A DNA stretch of 32,169 nt, from the NCBI RefSeq assembly GCF_001194135.2, contig NC_068985.1, positions 14,392,247-14,424,415 on the forward strand. Direction: 5' to 3'. A model generated the notes under the pieces. It was not told the DNA's origin. It searched no databases and was given only the letters and a program-made list of their open reading frames with translations. Every line of letters begins with the position of its first letter. Positions within the stretch are counted from its first letter, which is position 1. Shown in pieces: positions 10,237-20,399 of this stretch. The position numbers were made by a program, and so were the translations under genes. The DNA comes from Octopus bimaculoides. Its lineage: Eukaryota.

Positions 10237-11298
10237 GAAAGGACAATATCAAATTAACTCGCTTGCAGTCATGTGAGGTCTTCACCTGAAGTAGAGTTTA
10301 ATAACTTTCTGTCACGCAGAGATAAGTGTTCTATAATTATATTTTTAACGTATACAAACTAGCTCTAAGTCTAACTTGTTAAACTAAACTATTCAGTGCA
10401 TGANNNNNNNNNNNNNNNNNNNNNNNNNNNNNNNNNNNNNNNNNNNNNNNNNNNNNNNNNNNNNNNNNNNNNNNNNNNNNNNNNNNNNNNNNNNNNNNNN
10501 NNNNNNNNNNNNNNNNNNNNNNNNNNNNNNNNNNNNNNNNNNNNNNNNNNNNNNNNNNNNNNNNNNNNNNNNNNNNNNNNNNNNNNNNNNNNNNNNNNNN
10601 NNNNNNNNNNNNNNNNNNNNNNNNNNNNNNNNNNNNNNNNNNNNNNNNNNNNNNNNNNNNNNNNNNNNNNNNNNNNNNNNNNNNNNNNNNNNNNNNNNNN
10701 NNNNNNNNNNNNNNNNNNNNNNNNNNNNNNNNNNNNNNNNNNNNNNNNNNNNNNNNNNNNNNNNNNNNNNNNNNNNNNNNNNNNNNNNNNNNNNNNNNNN
10801 NNNNNNNNNNNNNNNNNNNNNNNNNNNNNNNNNNNNNNNNNNNNNNNNNNNNNNNNNNNNNNNNNNNNNNNNNNNNNNNNNNNNNNNNNNNNNNNNNNNN
10901 NNNNNNNNNNNNNNNNNNNNNNNNNNNNNNNNNNNNNNNNNNNNNNNNNNNNNNNNNNNNNNNNNNNNNNNNNNNNNNNNNNNNNNNNNNNNNNNNNNNN
11001 NNNNNNNNNNNNNNNNNNNNNNNNNNNNNNNNNNNNNNNNNNNNNNNNNNNNNNNNNNNNNNNNNNNNNNNNNNNNNNNNNNNNNNNNNNNNNNNNNNNN
11101 NNNNNNNNNNNNNNNNNNNNNNNNNNNNNNNNNNNNNNNNNNNNNNNNNNNNNNNNNNNNNNNNNNNNNNNNNNNNNNNNNNNNNNNNNNNNNNNNNNNN
11201 NNNNNNNNNNNNNNNNNNNNNNNNNNNNNNNNNNNNNNNNNNNNNNNNNNNNNNNNNNNNNNNNNNNNNNNNNNNNNNNNNNNNNNNNNNNNNNNNNN

Positions 11299-11418
11299 AA
11301 TGGACTGGAGCAACGTGAAATAAAGTGCTTTGCTCAAGGACACAACGCGTCGCGGGGAATTGAACTCACGACTTTACGATCGTAAGCCAAATGCCCTAAC
11401 CACTAAGCCACGCGCCTT
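11299..11418 (-). mobile_element. tRNA-derived CORE-type SINE family 4 (3' end in gap)
   Basis: Reverse strand reads GAAGGCGCGTGGCTTAGTGGTTAGGGC..GTGAGTTCAATTCCCC..GTGTCCTTGAGCAAAGCACTTTATTTCACGTTGCTCCAGTCC. Confidence 0.85.
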
Positions 11419-11419
11419 C

Positions 11420-11459
<40 letters not shown>

Positions 11460-11465
<6 letters not shown>

Positions 11466-11643
11466 TTGTGTATCTGTGTTTGTCCCCTCAACGTCATCTG
11501 ACAACGGATGTTGGGTGTACTTACATCCCCGTAACCCTACTGGTTCGGCAAAAGAAACCAAAACAATAAGTGCTAGGCTTACAAAGAATAAGTCCCGGGG
11601 GTCGATTTGTTCGACTAACAGGCGGTGCTCCAGCATGGCCGCA
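11460..11643 (+). mobile_element. SINE family 2, 3' half, abutting the piggyBac remnant
   Basis: GTGTTTGTCCCC..CCCCGTAACC..GGTTCGGCAAAAGA..GGGTCGATTTGTTCGACTAA..GGTGCTCCAGCATGGCCGCA. Confidence 0.85.
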
Positions 11644-12782
11644 ATGAGATAGGATCATAGAATCCTTTTGAAATTCAAATATTGTGCTGTTGATTTCTTT
11701 CTTTTCCATTTGTGAAAGCACTTGGAAGTTCTACTCTGTTCTTTCTAATTGTTCCAACTGAAGTAGTTTTCTTGCTAAGCAGCTTTCGAGCCAATTCTAG
11801 ACTTGTAAAAAAAATTATCACAAGTTATATTGCGACCAGTATTTTCAAGTTCATTTACTAGGTCTTCAACAACTCTTGGACCTTGATTTGTCTCTCTCTC
11901 CCTTTTACTGGGTCTTTTCCAGTGTAGATTTGCATTTTCCAGGCTAAAGAGGTATCACTGTCGCATATTGCCCAAGTTTTGATTCCATATTTCCTTGGTT
12001 TTGAAGGAATATATACCCGGAATGGGAAGCGCCCTCTGAATGAAACTAATTGTTCATCAACTGTCATGCATGGACTTGGAACATATCTATCTTGCAAATT
12101 CTGATTCCACATTTCAAATACTTCTCTTATGGGCTCCAATTTATCATCACTTCGCTTTTATCTTCTTGTACTAGCATCATCAAACGCAATACTTGTAAAA
12201 TCTGTTGAAATCTTCCCCGGCTCATAATTTTGTTGAATATTGGGCGGCCATCTTTTTGACTCCATAACTGTGTAGCATTTTCATGTTTAGACTTATAAAC
12301 ACATAGAATAATCAATCCAATAAATTTGTTTAGTTCAGAGTGATCAATTTCCTTCCATTTATCTTTGTGAACAACCTGACCTTCAAGAATTACTTCAAGA
12401 AGATTCTGGCACATAAAGATAGTAAAACATGTTTCAATGCTATCGCAAGACCTTTTAGCTACACAGGATGGTCCACATTCTTGGCACACAATATTGCAAG
12501 ATGAAGTTCCTACTGTTGCTTGAGTAAGAGGATTAGAATGCTAAACTTCTTGTCTGTCTCTGGAAACATATTGCTCATTCGTAATCTGGTGGTTACAGAT
12601 AATTGTTTTTGAGTATCTTCATCATCTGATGACGCAGAACCTAAACTGTCCAGCACACAATCACTTTCACCATCATCTTCAGAGCAATAGAAGGAATCAC
12701 TACTATCTTCTTCTCATTCTTTATTTAATTTCAATAACCTTTGCGATATTTGGTTTTCACTCAAGTTTTCACGTCTAGGCAT
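11644..12782 (-). mobile_element. piggyBac transposase remnant (PGBD-like), frameshifted and truncated
   Basis: ATG at 12782 starts an acidic N-terminus (MPRRENLSENQISQRLL..EEDSSDSFYCSEDDGESD). Later blocks: ELNKFIGLIIL..LWS..RPIF..MSRGRF; TVDEQLVSFRGR..YIPSKPRKYGIKTWAICD; ITCDNFFTS..VGTIRKNR. The first two catalytic Asp motifs are present; the C-terminus is absent from the window. Confidence 0.93.
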
Positions 12783-13418
12783 ATTGGAAAGCACAACTGA
12801 ACAATATGAAACTTGATAGCAGACCAAAGGCAGATATTGCGCTTTCACATATTTATATTCTCCTGAAAGACGATGCAATATATTGTAAGAATTGCATAGA
12901 AATATTGCACCACCCTATAACCTAGCAGATTGAAGGTGATGCAATACCACACAAATTTACAGGAGTATTTTCATAATTTTTCCTATTTTATCTAAAATTC
13001 AGCAAATATTGAACACAATTTTATTTATTTTATATCTGAGAAATATCTAGGAAAATAATATTTGATACTGCTTTTATTCTGTTTAGAATGACAAGAGTAT
13101 TGTCTGAATTTAATTCGAGAGTGCAATGGACCATTACAGTAATTAATATATCAAGTGAAATTTTCTAGCTTTTATAAACATATGGAAAATTTTCCCATTT
13201 GACAAATAAAAGAGAGTCAAGAAAAAATAAGAGTCACGAGATTCCGAAGTTGTCTGGAAGCCGTGGTTGAAACCAATGGCGATTTTAATGAATAAGTTTA
13301 GTCCTTCATATTTCAAGATATTTTTTATGTAATTTTGGTAAATATATCTGTTAAAATAAGATGTCAGTGCTATTTTCATTTTTGCATAATTTAGACAACA
13401 ATTTATTCAACACACCTA

Positions 13419-13564
13419 GTATGTATGTATGTATGTATGTATGTATGTATGTATGTATGTATGTATGTATGCATGTATGTATGTATGTATGTATGTATGT
13501 ATGTATGTATTTAGAGAGCTAGAGCTAGCTAGCTAGCTAGCTAGATAGATAGATAGATAGATAG
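13419..13564. repeat. Compound microsatellite (TATG)n-(GCTA)n-(GATA)n
   Basis: Seen directly. Confidence 0.95.
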
Positions 13565-14427
13565 AGCCACTTTATTCTGGTGTAAGTCACATATTTTGTA
13601 CCCAATAATCAAAATCAGGCGAGGTGGACGATTTAGACTAAGACATTTTGTGCCAGAAAATTTGATCTTTTTTCTCAACTTGGCGCTGTTATAAAAGCCG
13701 AATCATAATAGTGTACTTTTGTGTGGGTGCAGACATCTTGAATAAATTACCATACTTTTCAATGAGGAAAAAGTAAGGTATTATTCTCCGTCTGATCTTT
13801 TGAGCTTGCCAACTGTAAACATGTTACAGAAGAGTTCAGAAGCTAGATTGATACAATGAATTGTAATTGCTCAATTAAACAAAGGATATTTGACAAAAAG
13901 AACAACAACAAAAAAAAAAAGAAAAGAAAACGGTGGCAAGAGGGGCAAAATTTGAAAGAAACAGTTTGGATTTCATATATATTAAAGAATTTATAAGGGT
14001 GGAGATTGTATGTTGGAGATAACTGACGATCACAGTGGTGAGAAGGACTTCAGGCAACATGTTAATATACCTGAGGGAACGAAATTTGCTTAGGGGATGC
14101 AAACCCAAGTTCCATCCCGGATGGTCAAAGCATTTTCATTGCATCAACGACCCACGCCCCGCCAAAAAAAAAAAAAAGACAAAAATAGGAGTGTGTTTGC
14201 ACCCATGCAATCCTGAAGACCAACATGGAGGCAAAGTGGGTCAACTTGACATCCGCAATTTATCCAAGCATCCGAAGAATACAGCACTCAGACAAATAGA
14301 GGAGTACGTCTTCATAAATGAAACATTCCCAGTACTAAATAGGACATATACGTAGAAGGTAGTCATACCCCAATACCCACAGTTTATGCATACGCAAGTA
14401 GAGTTGTTAGTAGGTTGTTATGTAGAC

Positions 14428-14462
<35 letters not shown>

Positions 14463-14467
<5 letters not shown>

Positions 14468-14690
14468 TTATTGCCCACAGGGGACTAAACACAGAAGGGA
14501 CAAACAAGGACAGACAAAGGGATTAAGTAGATTACACCGACCACAGTGCGTAACTGGTACTTATTTAATCGACCCCGAAAGGATGAAAGCCAAAGTCGAC
14601 CTCGGCGGAGTTTGAATTCAGAACGTAACAGTAGACGAAATACCTCTAAGTATTTCACCAGCGTGCTAACGATTCTGCCAGCTCGCCGCC
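14463..14690 (-). mobile_element. SINE family 1 monomer, tail A
   Basis: Reverse strand reads GGCGGCGAGCTGGCAGAATCGTTAGC..GAATTCAAACTCCGCCGAGGTCGACTTTGG..CCCTGTGGGCAATAAAGA. Flanked by (TA)n and (TACA)n. Confidence 0.9.
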
Positions 14691-14813
14691 ATATATATAC
14701 ATACATACATGCATACATACATACATACATACATACATACATACATACATACATACATACATACACACATACACATGCACATTGAGGCACACACATACGC
14801 ACAGACAAACAGA

Positions 14814-14974
14814 CAAAAAGAACGCAGCTCTGATAACGGACAGAGTCAACAACTATTGAAAAATTTGCAAGACGCAACGAAAATTCTTGAAAAGATATAT
14901 AAATGAGTGGAAATCAAACCGGTGAGTGTGTTAAATAATAAGGCACTAAAAGAGAATGACTCTCCCCAGACACA
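14814..14974 (-). repeat. Unclassified interspersed repeat, copy 2
   Basis: Reverse-complement homologue of 6612-6750. Confidence 0.8.
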
Positions 14975-15367
14975 GATTTGTGCACAATATTTACCATTGT
15001 GCTTCGTAATGACAATACAAATACTGCATGCAAATGTAGATAAACTTTAAATTGTTCTAGTTAAAGAACTATTGGAATTTGTGATCGTTCAAGAAATATT
15101 AAAAAGATAAGTAATTTTTAAAGGTATATAACTTTTAATGTATTAATTGATTTATACTTTATATTCTATATTTTATAAATAATTATTTACCCTGTGTATT
15201 TACAAACTCTTTGATTTAAGGTTTTCTTCGATTTTATAATAATATGATTTTATACCGATATTTGTTCATTGCAGGCTACCGGTCATTGTAAAGACCGTTA
15301 GTTGAAATGACCAATGAAGCAAAACCATTTTCAAATGTGTTTCCATTAAACTTACTGTACATGCTAG

Positions 15368-15996
15368 TATATATATATATATATACTCATACCAGAGTTT
15401 TGCAACACTGGTATTTACATGACTCATATATGAGAGGATTAAACTATTNNNNNNNNNNNNNNNNNNNNNNNNNNNNNNNNNNNNNNNNNNNNNNNNNNNN
15501 NNNNNNNNNNNNNNNNNNNNNNNNNNNNNNNNNNNNNNNNNNNNNNNNNNNNNNNNNNNNNNNNNNNNNNNNNNNNGTGACAGACCATGTCTGTCCTTGG
15601 CTGGCCTCAAATCTCACCTGCGAACTCATGGAAAACAAACTTCAACCAGCTATTCTGATTATATGTCTGTGCACACGTTTGAATGTTGTGTGTGCCAGAG
15701 GGTTTGCAAATTCAATGGGGGTCTTAAAAGACATGTTAGGATCCACAGTGAGCAGAACTTACTTGCAGGTATTGGTAGTGCAAATCAGAGGTGCAATCTG
15801 TGTGGGTGTTTTTTTCAAAACACTGTCTGGTTTAAAAAGTCACATTAGACGCCATGAACGGGCTAAGGTGTAGGTGCAGGAGGTGGTCAAACTCTGTGAA
15901 ATTGTAGACAACCACCATATATATATATATATACTCATACCAGAGTTTTGCAACACTGGTATTTACATGACTCATATATGAGAGGATTAAACTATT
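15368..15996 (+). repeat. Direct repeat of at least 80 bp flanking LINE copy 1 (15368-15448 and 15917-15996)
   Basis: (TA)n plus an identical 63-bp unique block CTCATACCAGAG..GGATTAAACTATT at 15386-15448 and 15934-15996. The left copy runs into N-gap 15449-15576. Confidence 0.9.
15577..15916 (+). mobile_element. LINE 3' end (probably RTE-related) encoding three C2H2 zinc fingers, copy 1
   Basis: DRPCLSLAGLKSHLRTH..FECCVCQRVCKFNGGLKRHVRIH..RCNLCGCFF[+1 T]KTLSGLKSHIRRHERAKV*, then a short 3' UTR ending GTAGACAACCACC and (AT)n. The second copy at 18255-18514 lacks the frameshift. The RTE assignment is inferred. Confidence 0.75.
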
Positions 15997-17012
15997 AAAA
16001 CTGAATATGTGAAGTATACTATGATACTTAACAAAGTCTCGTTGGCGTGCATTTAATGTTTTCCTGACGTCGATTGCATTTTTTTAGTGCTTTGTGACAC
16101 AACTCTGCGATGCTTTGAACAAAGCACTTACTCGTTGGTTGGTAATTTTCCAAATATGCTTCATGATGCTGATCTGACAGACAAAAAAAAAAAAAGAACA
16201 TAAAATTGTGCAGTACAACATTAAGAACAACTTCATGAAATTAAAGAGTTTGCAATTACAATCGGAATGTATGTAATAATTCAGGAAACATTCTTTCAAC
16301 TTGAACACTGAACATTCAACATTTCAAGTGATACTCGTATTAGACAAAATAGACTCTCTTCACAGCGCTGACAGCCTTATCAAATATATAAGTGTGTATG
16401 TATTATATGTTGATATCGCAAATGATATTCGTAAAACAACACGAAAGAACACAACAGAACAAACATACTTAAAAACATACCCAAAAAGAAACATCCAGAA
16501 ATCTGAAGAACATTAACAGAATAATTACATATGTTGAGACATACGGTGAGGTGTTGGGTGTATGAGATCCTCTTCTAGCAATTGTGTTTTAACAGGACAA
16601 TAAAAATCACGAGCAACATTGTTGGGGATGTTTCAACGTACTCAACATGTGAATTTGAAATTGTACCGATGAGAAAACCAAAATGATAATATAGCAGCAT
16701 CACAATAAAATCCATATACATCCCAGTGAACCACAACAATATACCTACCCACGCTAACTCCAGTAACTCTTGCCCTGGAACAATAACTACCTACTAATAA
16801 TCGTAGCAACGCGCACGTCCATGATGAAAGCATAAAGACTTTTATAAAATTAAAAGAAAGAAAGCATATTGAAACGGTTTCGATGAAAAAACTCAATGAA
16901 GCTTTCCAGAACTCAGTAGCAGCGCGAGTATCAACGTAAACACTATATTGGTTTCAAATTCTGGCACAAGGTCAGCGATTTTTTTGTCGATGATGATGAT
17001 GTTTTTGTTGCT

Positions 17013-17235
17013 AGACGGCGAGCTGGCGGAATCATTAACACTCTGGGAAGGATGCAAAGCGGCATTTCGTCCGTGTTTACGTTTTGAGTTCAAATTCCAC
17101 TGAGGTCAACTTTGCTTTTCATCCTTTCGAAACCGATAAAATAAATACCAGTTGAACTCTGGGGGTAGTAGATTCGATGTAATCGACTTAGCCTCTCCCC
17201 TGAAATTGCTGGCATTGGGCTAAATTTCCAAAATC
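17013..17235 (+). mobile_element. SINE family 1 monomer, tail C
   Basis: GACGGCGAGCTGGCGGAATC..GAGTTCAAATTCC..TAATCGACTTAGCCTCTCCCCTGAAATTGCTGG. Confidence 0.85.
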
Positions 17236-17305
17236 AATATAAATATGTCACACATAGACAAGAAAGAGAATAATACACAGCTCCTCTACAACATTTACGA
17301 CACAC

Positions 17306-17596
17306 AAGGCGGTGAGCTGGCCGGAACGTTAGCACACCGGACGAAATGCTTAGCGGTATTTCGTCTGGCTTTACGTTTTGAGTTCAAATTCCGCCGAGAT
17401 TGACTTTGCCTTTCATCCTTTCTGGGTTGATAAATTAAGTACCAGTTGCGTACTGAGGTCGATCTAATCGACTGGCTCCCTCCCTCCAAAATTTCGGGCC
17501 TTGTTCCTAGAGTAGAAAAGAATATTTTAAGGTGGCGAGCTGGCAGAAACGTCAGCTCACCGGGCGAAATGCTTAGCGGTATTTCGTCTGTCTTAC
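17306..17596 (+). mobile_element. SINE family 1: full tail-B monomer followed by a second truncated head
   Basis: Junction GAGTAGAAAAGAATATTTTAAGGTGGCGAGCTGGC at about 17510-17545, near-identical to the junction at about 24148-24183. Confidence 0.9.
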
Positions 17597-17724
17597 ACAT
17601 ACTTCATTCGATAATTCCTACATGTTGAATAAACATGTACAATTGTGTGATTCCTATTAGCAAATGAAATATGTGTAACGGTGAATAATAATGTCAAAAG
17701 ATTTTCCAGATTCCTAATTTGTTT

Positions 17725-18015
17725 ATCCATCCATCCATCCATACATACATACATACATACATACATACATGCAGACATACACATACACACACACATACAT
17801 ACATACATACTTACATACATACATACATACACACACATACACACACATACATACATACATATACACATACAAACACATACACACACATATATACATACAT
17901 ACTTGCATACATACACACACATACACACATACATACACACTTATATATATACATACATACGTACATACATACATACATACATACATACATACATACATAC
18001 ATACATACATACAAA
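17725..18015. repeat. Long degenerate (TACA)n/(CA)n microsatellite, about 290 bp
   Basis: Seen directly; it produces the HTYI/MYVC pseudo-ORFs. Confidence 0.95.
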
Positions 18016-18254
18016 CATTAAAGTCTGTCATACCGGCCATGATGAAATACTACAAAGTATAGAAAATATGAAATACCACAAGGAATATAAATAAAACATA
18101 AAAAACAGACAGTGTTGGAACTCTTTTAAACAAAATAATATATTCCTCTATACACAATCATACAAAAAAACCCCCCTTTTTTGTATTTATTTTTGTATTT
18201 ATTTTTGTATTTATTTTTACATACATATATACATAGATACTTACATACATACAT

Positions 18255-18514
18255 GGTGGTTGTCTACTCCTTAAACAGAGTTTGACCACCTCCTGCACCT
18301 ACACCTTAGCCCTTTCATGGCGTCTGATGTGGCTTTTTAAACCAGANNNNNNNNNNTTTCATGGCGTCTGATGTGGCTTTTTAAACCAGACAGTGATTTG
18401 AAAAAACACCCACACAGATTGCACCTCTGATTTGCACTACCAATACCTGCAAGTAAGTTCTGCACACTGTGGATCCTAACATGTCTTTTAAAACCCCCAT
18501 TGGATTTGCAAACC
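18255..18514 (-). mobile_element. C2H2-tailed LINE 3' end, copy 2 (5'-truncated)
   Basis: Reverse complement of 15690-15916 with about 12 differences. Reads ..CNLCGCFFKSLSGLKSHIRRHERAKV* in frame, with a (TATG)n tail on the minus strand. Contains a 10-N gap (18347-18356) with a 34-bp overlap artefact. Confidence 0.8.
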
Positions 18515-18636
18515 GATAAAATAAATACCAGTTGAACTCTGGGGGTAGTAGGTTCGATGTAATCGACTTAGCCTCTCCCCTGAAATTGCTGGCATTGGGC
18601 TAAATTTCCAAAATCAATATAAATATGTCACACATA

Positions 18637-18775
18637 CATACATACATACATACATACATACATACATACCTGTGGTTGATGTTGAAATTCCAATGAAAGA
18701 GTATTGGATCTCGGCTAGAAACGGCTCTCTATTGACAAGAAATCTCGAAATAAACTGAATAATGACATACATAAA
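18637..18775 (+). mobile_element. Isolated 3' UTR end of the RLE LINE between (CATA)n tracts
   Basis: AACGGCTCTCTATTGACAAGAAATCTCGAAATAAACTGAATAATGACATACATA is homologous to 9415-9475. Confidence 0.65.
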
Positions 18776-18886
18776 ATCGTCTATAAACAGACAGCTAAGC
18801 ACACCCCAAACACCACAAAACACAAATACTAATCATAAAAAATGCAGAATGTGTCGCTATCAGCCCAATTTGGATAAAATAGACTA

Positions 18887-19101
18887 CAGTAATCCGTTGC
18901 CATATCGCGGTTCACCTATCCCAGTTTATTATTTAAGCTTACGTCGATTCCTCCGTGATGTTTTTTTGCATTTGTAATAAAATAAATATAGACAAATGAT
19001 AAAAATAATTTTTAAAAATATACATTACTGTTTCTACTTCGCGGATTTTCACCTATTACGGAGTGGGAAACGTAACACACTCGATAGTCGAGGGATTACT
19101 G
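18887..19101. mobile_element. Tc1/mariner (Tigger/pogo-like) MITE with TA TSD
   Basis: TA|CAGTAATCCGTTGCCATATCGCGG ... CGATAGTCGAGGGATTACTG|TA. Confidence 0.8.
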
Positions 19102-19116
19102 TACATATAAGCACAT

Positions 19117-19195
19117 AAATAGCTACAACGTTAGTAAATAGCTACAATGTTAGTAAATAGCTACAATGTTAGTAAATAGCTACAATGTTAGTAAA
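19117..19195. repeat. 19-bp minisatellite, 4 copies (TAAATAGCTACAATGTTAG)
   Basis: Four tandem units with one substitution; no spacers, so not CRISPR. Confidence 0.95.
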
Positions 19196-19427
19196 CTTAT
19201 TATATGCTTGAGTAATATCTTAAGCACTAAAAAAAATCTACTAGACCGTCTTAACACGGTTGCGCATAGAACAACAAAAGATATATCTATTTTTATATTT
19301 CTATTCTCCCGTTTTTAATAAGCTGTCAACGAACGTGCGACTGATATGACTGGTGAAGTATATTAAAAGATTTGAAGCAAGAAGAGAAAAGTTGTGCTCA
19401 TCCAAGCCCTTCTCATACATACAAATT

Positions 19428-19810
19428 GTTGACACTCCGTCGGTTACGACGACGAGGGTTCCAGTTGATCCGATCAACGGAACAGTCTGCTCGTGAAATT
19501 AACGTGCAAGTGGCTGAGCACTCCACAGACACGTGTACCCTTAACGTAGTTCTCGGGGGAAATTCAGCGTGACACAGAGTGTGACAAGGCTGGCCCTTTG
19601 AAATACAGGTACAACAGAAACAGGAAGTAAGAGTGAGAGAAAGTTGTGGTGAAAGAGTACAGCAGGGTTCGCCACCATCCCCTGCCGGAGCCTCGTGGAT
19701 CTTTAGTTGTTTACGCTCAATAAACACTGACAACGCCCGGTCTGAGAATCAAAACCGCGATCCTATGACCGCGAGTCCGTTGCCCTAACCACCGGGCCAT
19801 TGCGCCTCCA
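19428..19810 (-). mobile_element. SINE family 3, full length
   Basis: Reverse complement of the 7537-7885 family, ending GGAACCCTCGTCGTCGTAACCGACGGAGTGTCAAC. Confidence 0.9.
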
Positions 19811-20399
19811 CTATACATACAAGCACACACAGCCATAAGCACTAGCAGACACACTAACAAACACACAAACACATACATAAGCACACGCATGTACGCACAC
19901 ATACGTGTTTCCACACCCGTATGCTCACATTCACACACAAAAATGCATTAAAAAAAACCAAATAAACGTTCACAACCTCATTGAAATGTGAGGAACTCCA
20001 GCATGACCGTAGCAGCATGGCTTAAACGCAACATATAAAATAATAAAAGGATACAATTTTGAACCCCTGTGTAAAGTTGATAGCCTGTATTCACCATAGA
20101 TTTTATCATTTCGAGAGCAATCAAACTAAATGAAACTGATAAGCTTCTAATCTTCTCTGACCTCATCGGTCAGAGAAAATCTATCTTCTGTATAGAAAAA
20201 ACATTACCAGATCACAATCAGGAACATTACTGGTTTATTGTTAATTGCTGTGTATACAAACTTGATCTCATTTAAACTGCCCAGACTAATTTCTCTAATG
20301 AAGGATATAAGTGAAGTAGAAACTAGTCTAGTTGACACTGTAATTTGTCTGTTTTTCGCAGTGTGGTTAAAATTTCACGTATAAAATGGTGCTTTAGTA

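Larger units (their letters stand above)
17130..18636 (+). repeat. 127-bp direct repeat (17130-17256 and 18510-18636)
   Basis: AAACCGATAAAATAAATACC..AAATATGTCACACATA occurs twice with one mismatch (GATTCG vs GGTTCG), offset 1380 bp. Confidence 0.95.

Noticed and set aside
15597-15873. C2H2 ORF as a host zinc-finger gene
   Set aside because: Frameshifted, no TGEKP linkers, ends in a microsatellite tail, and has a 5'-truncated dispersed copy; treated as a retroelement.
18313-18390. 34-bp direct repeat inside LINE copy 2
   Set aside because: It flanks a 10-N gap exactly and is absent from copy 1: a contig-overlap artefact.
19117-19195. Regular 19-bp repeats as a CRISPR array
   Set aside because: Head-to-tail units with no spacers, in a eukaryotic context.
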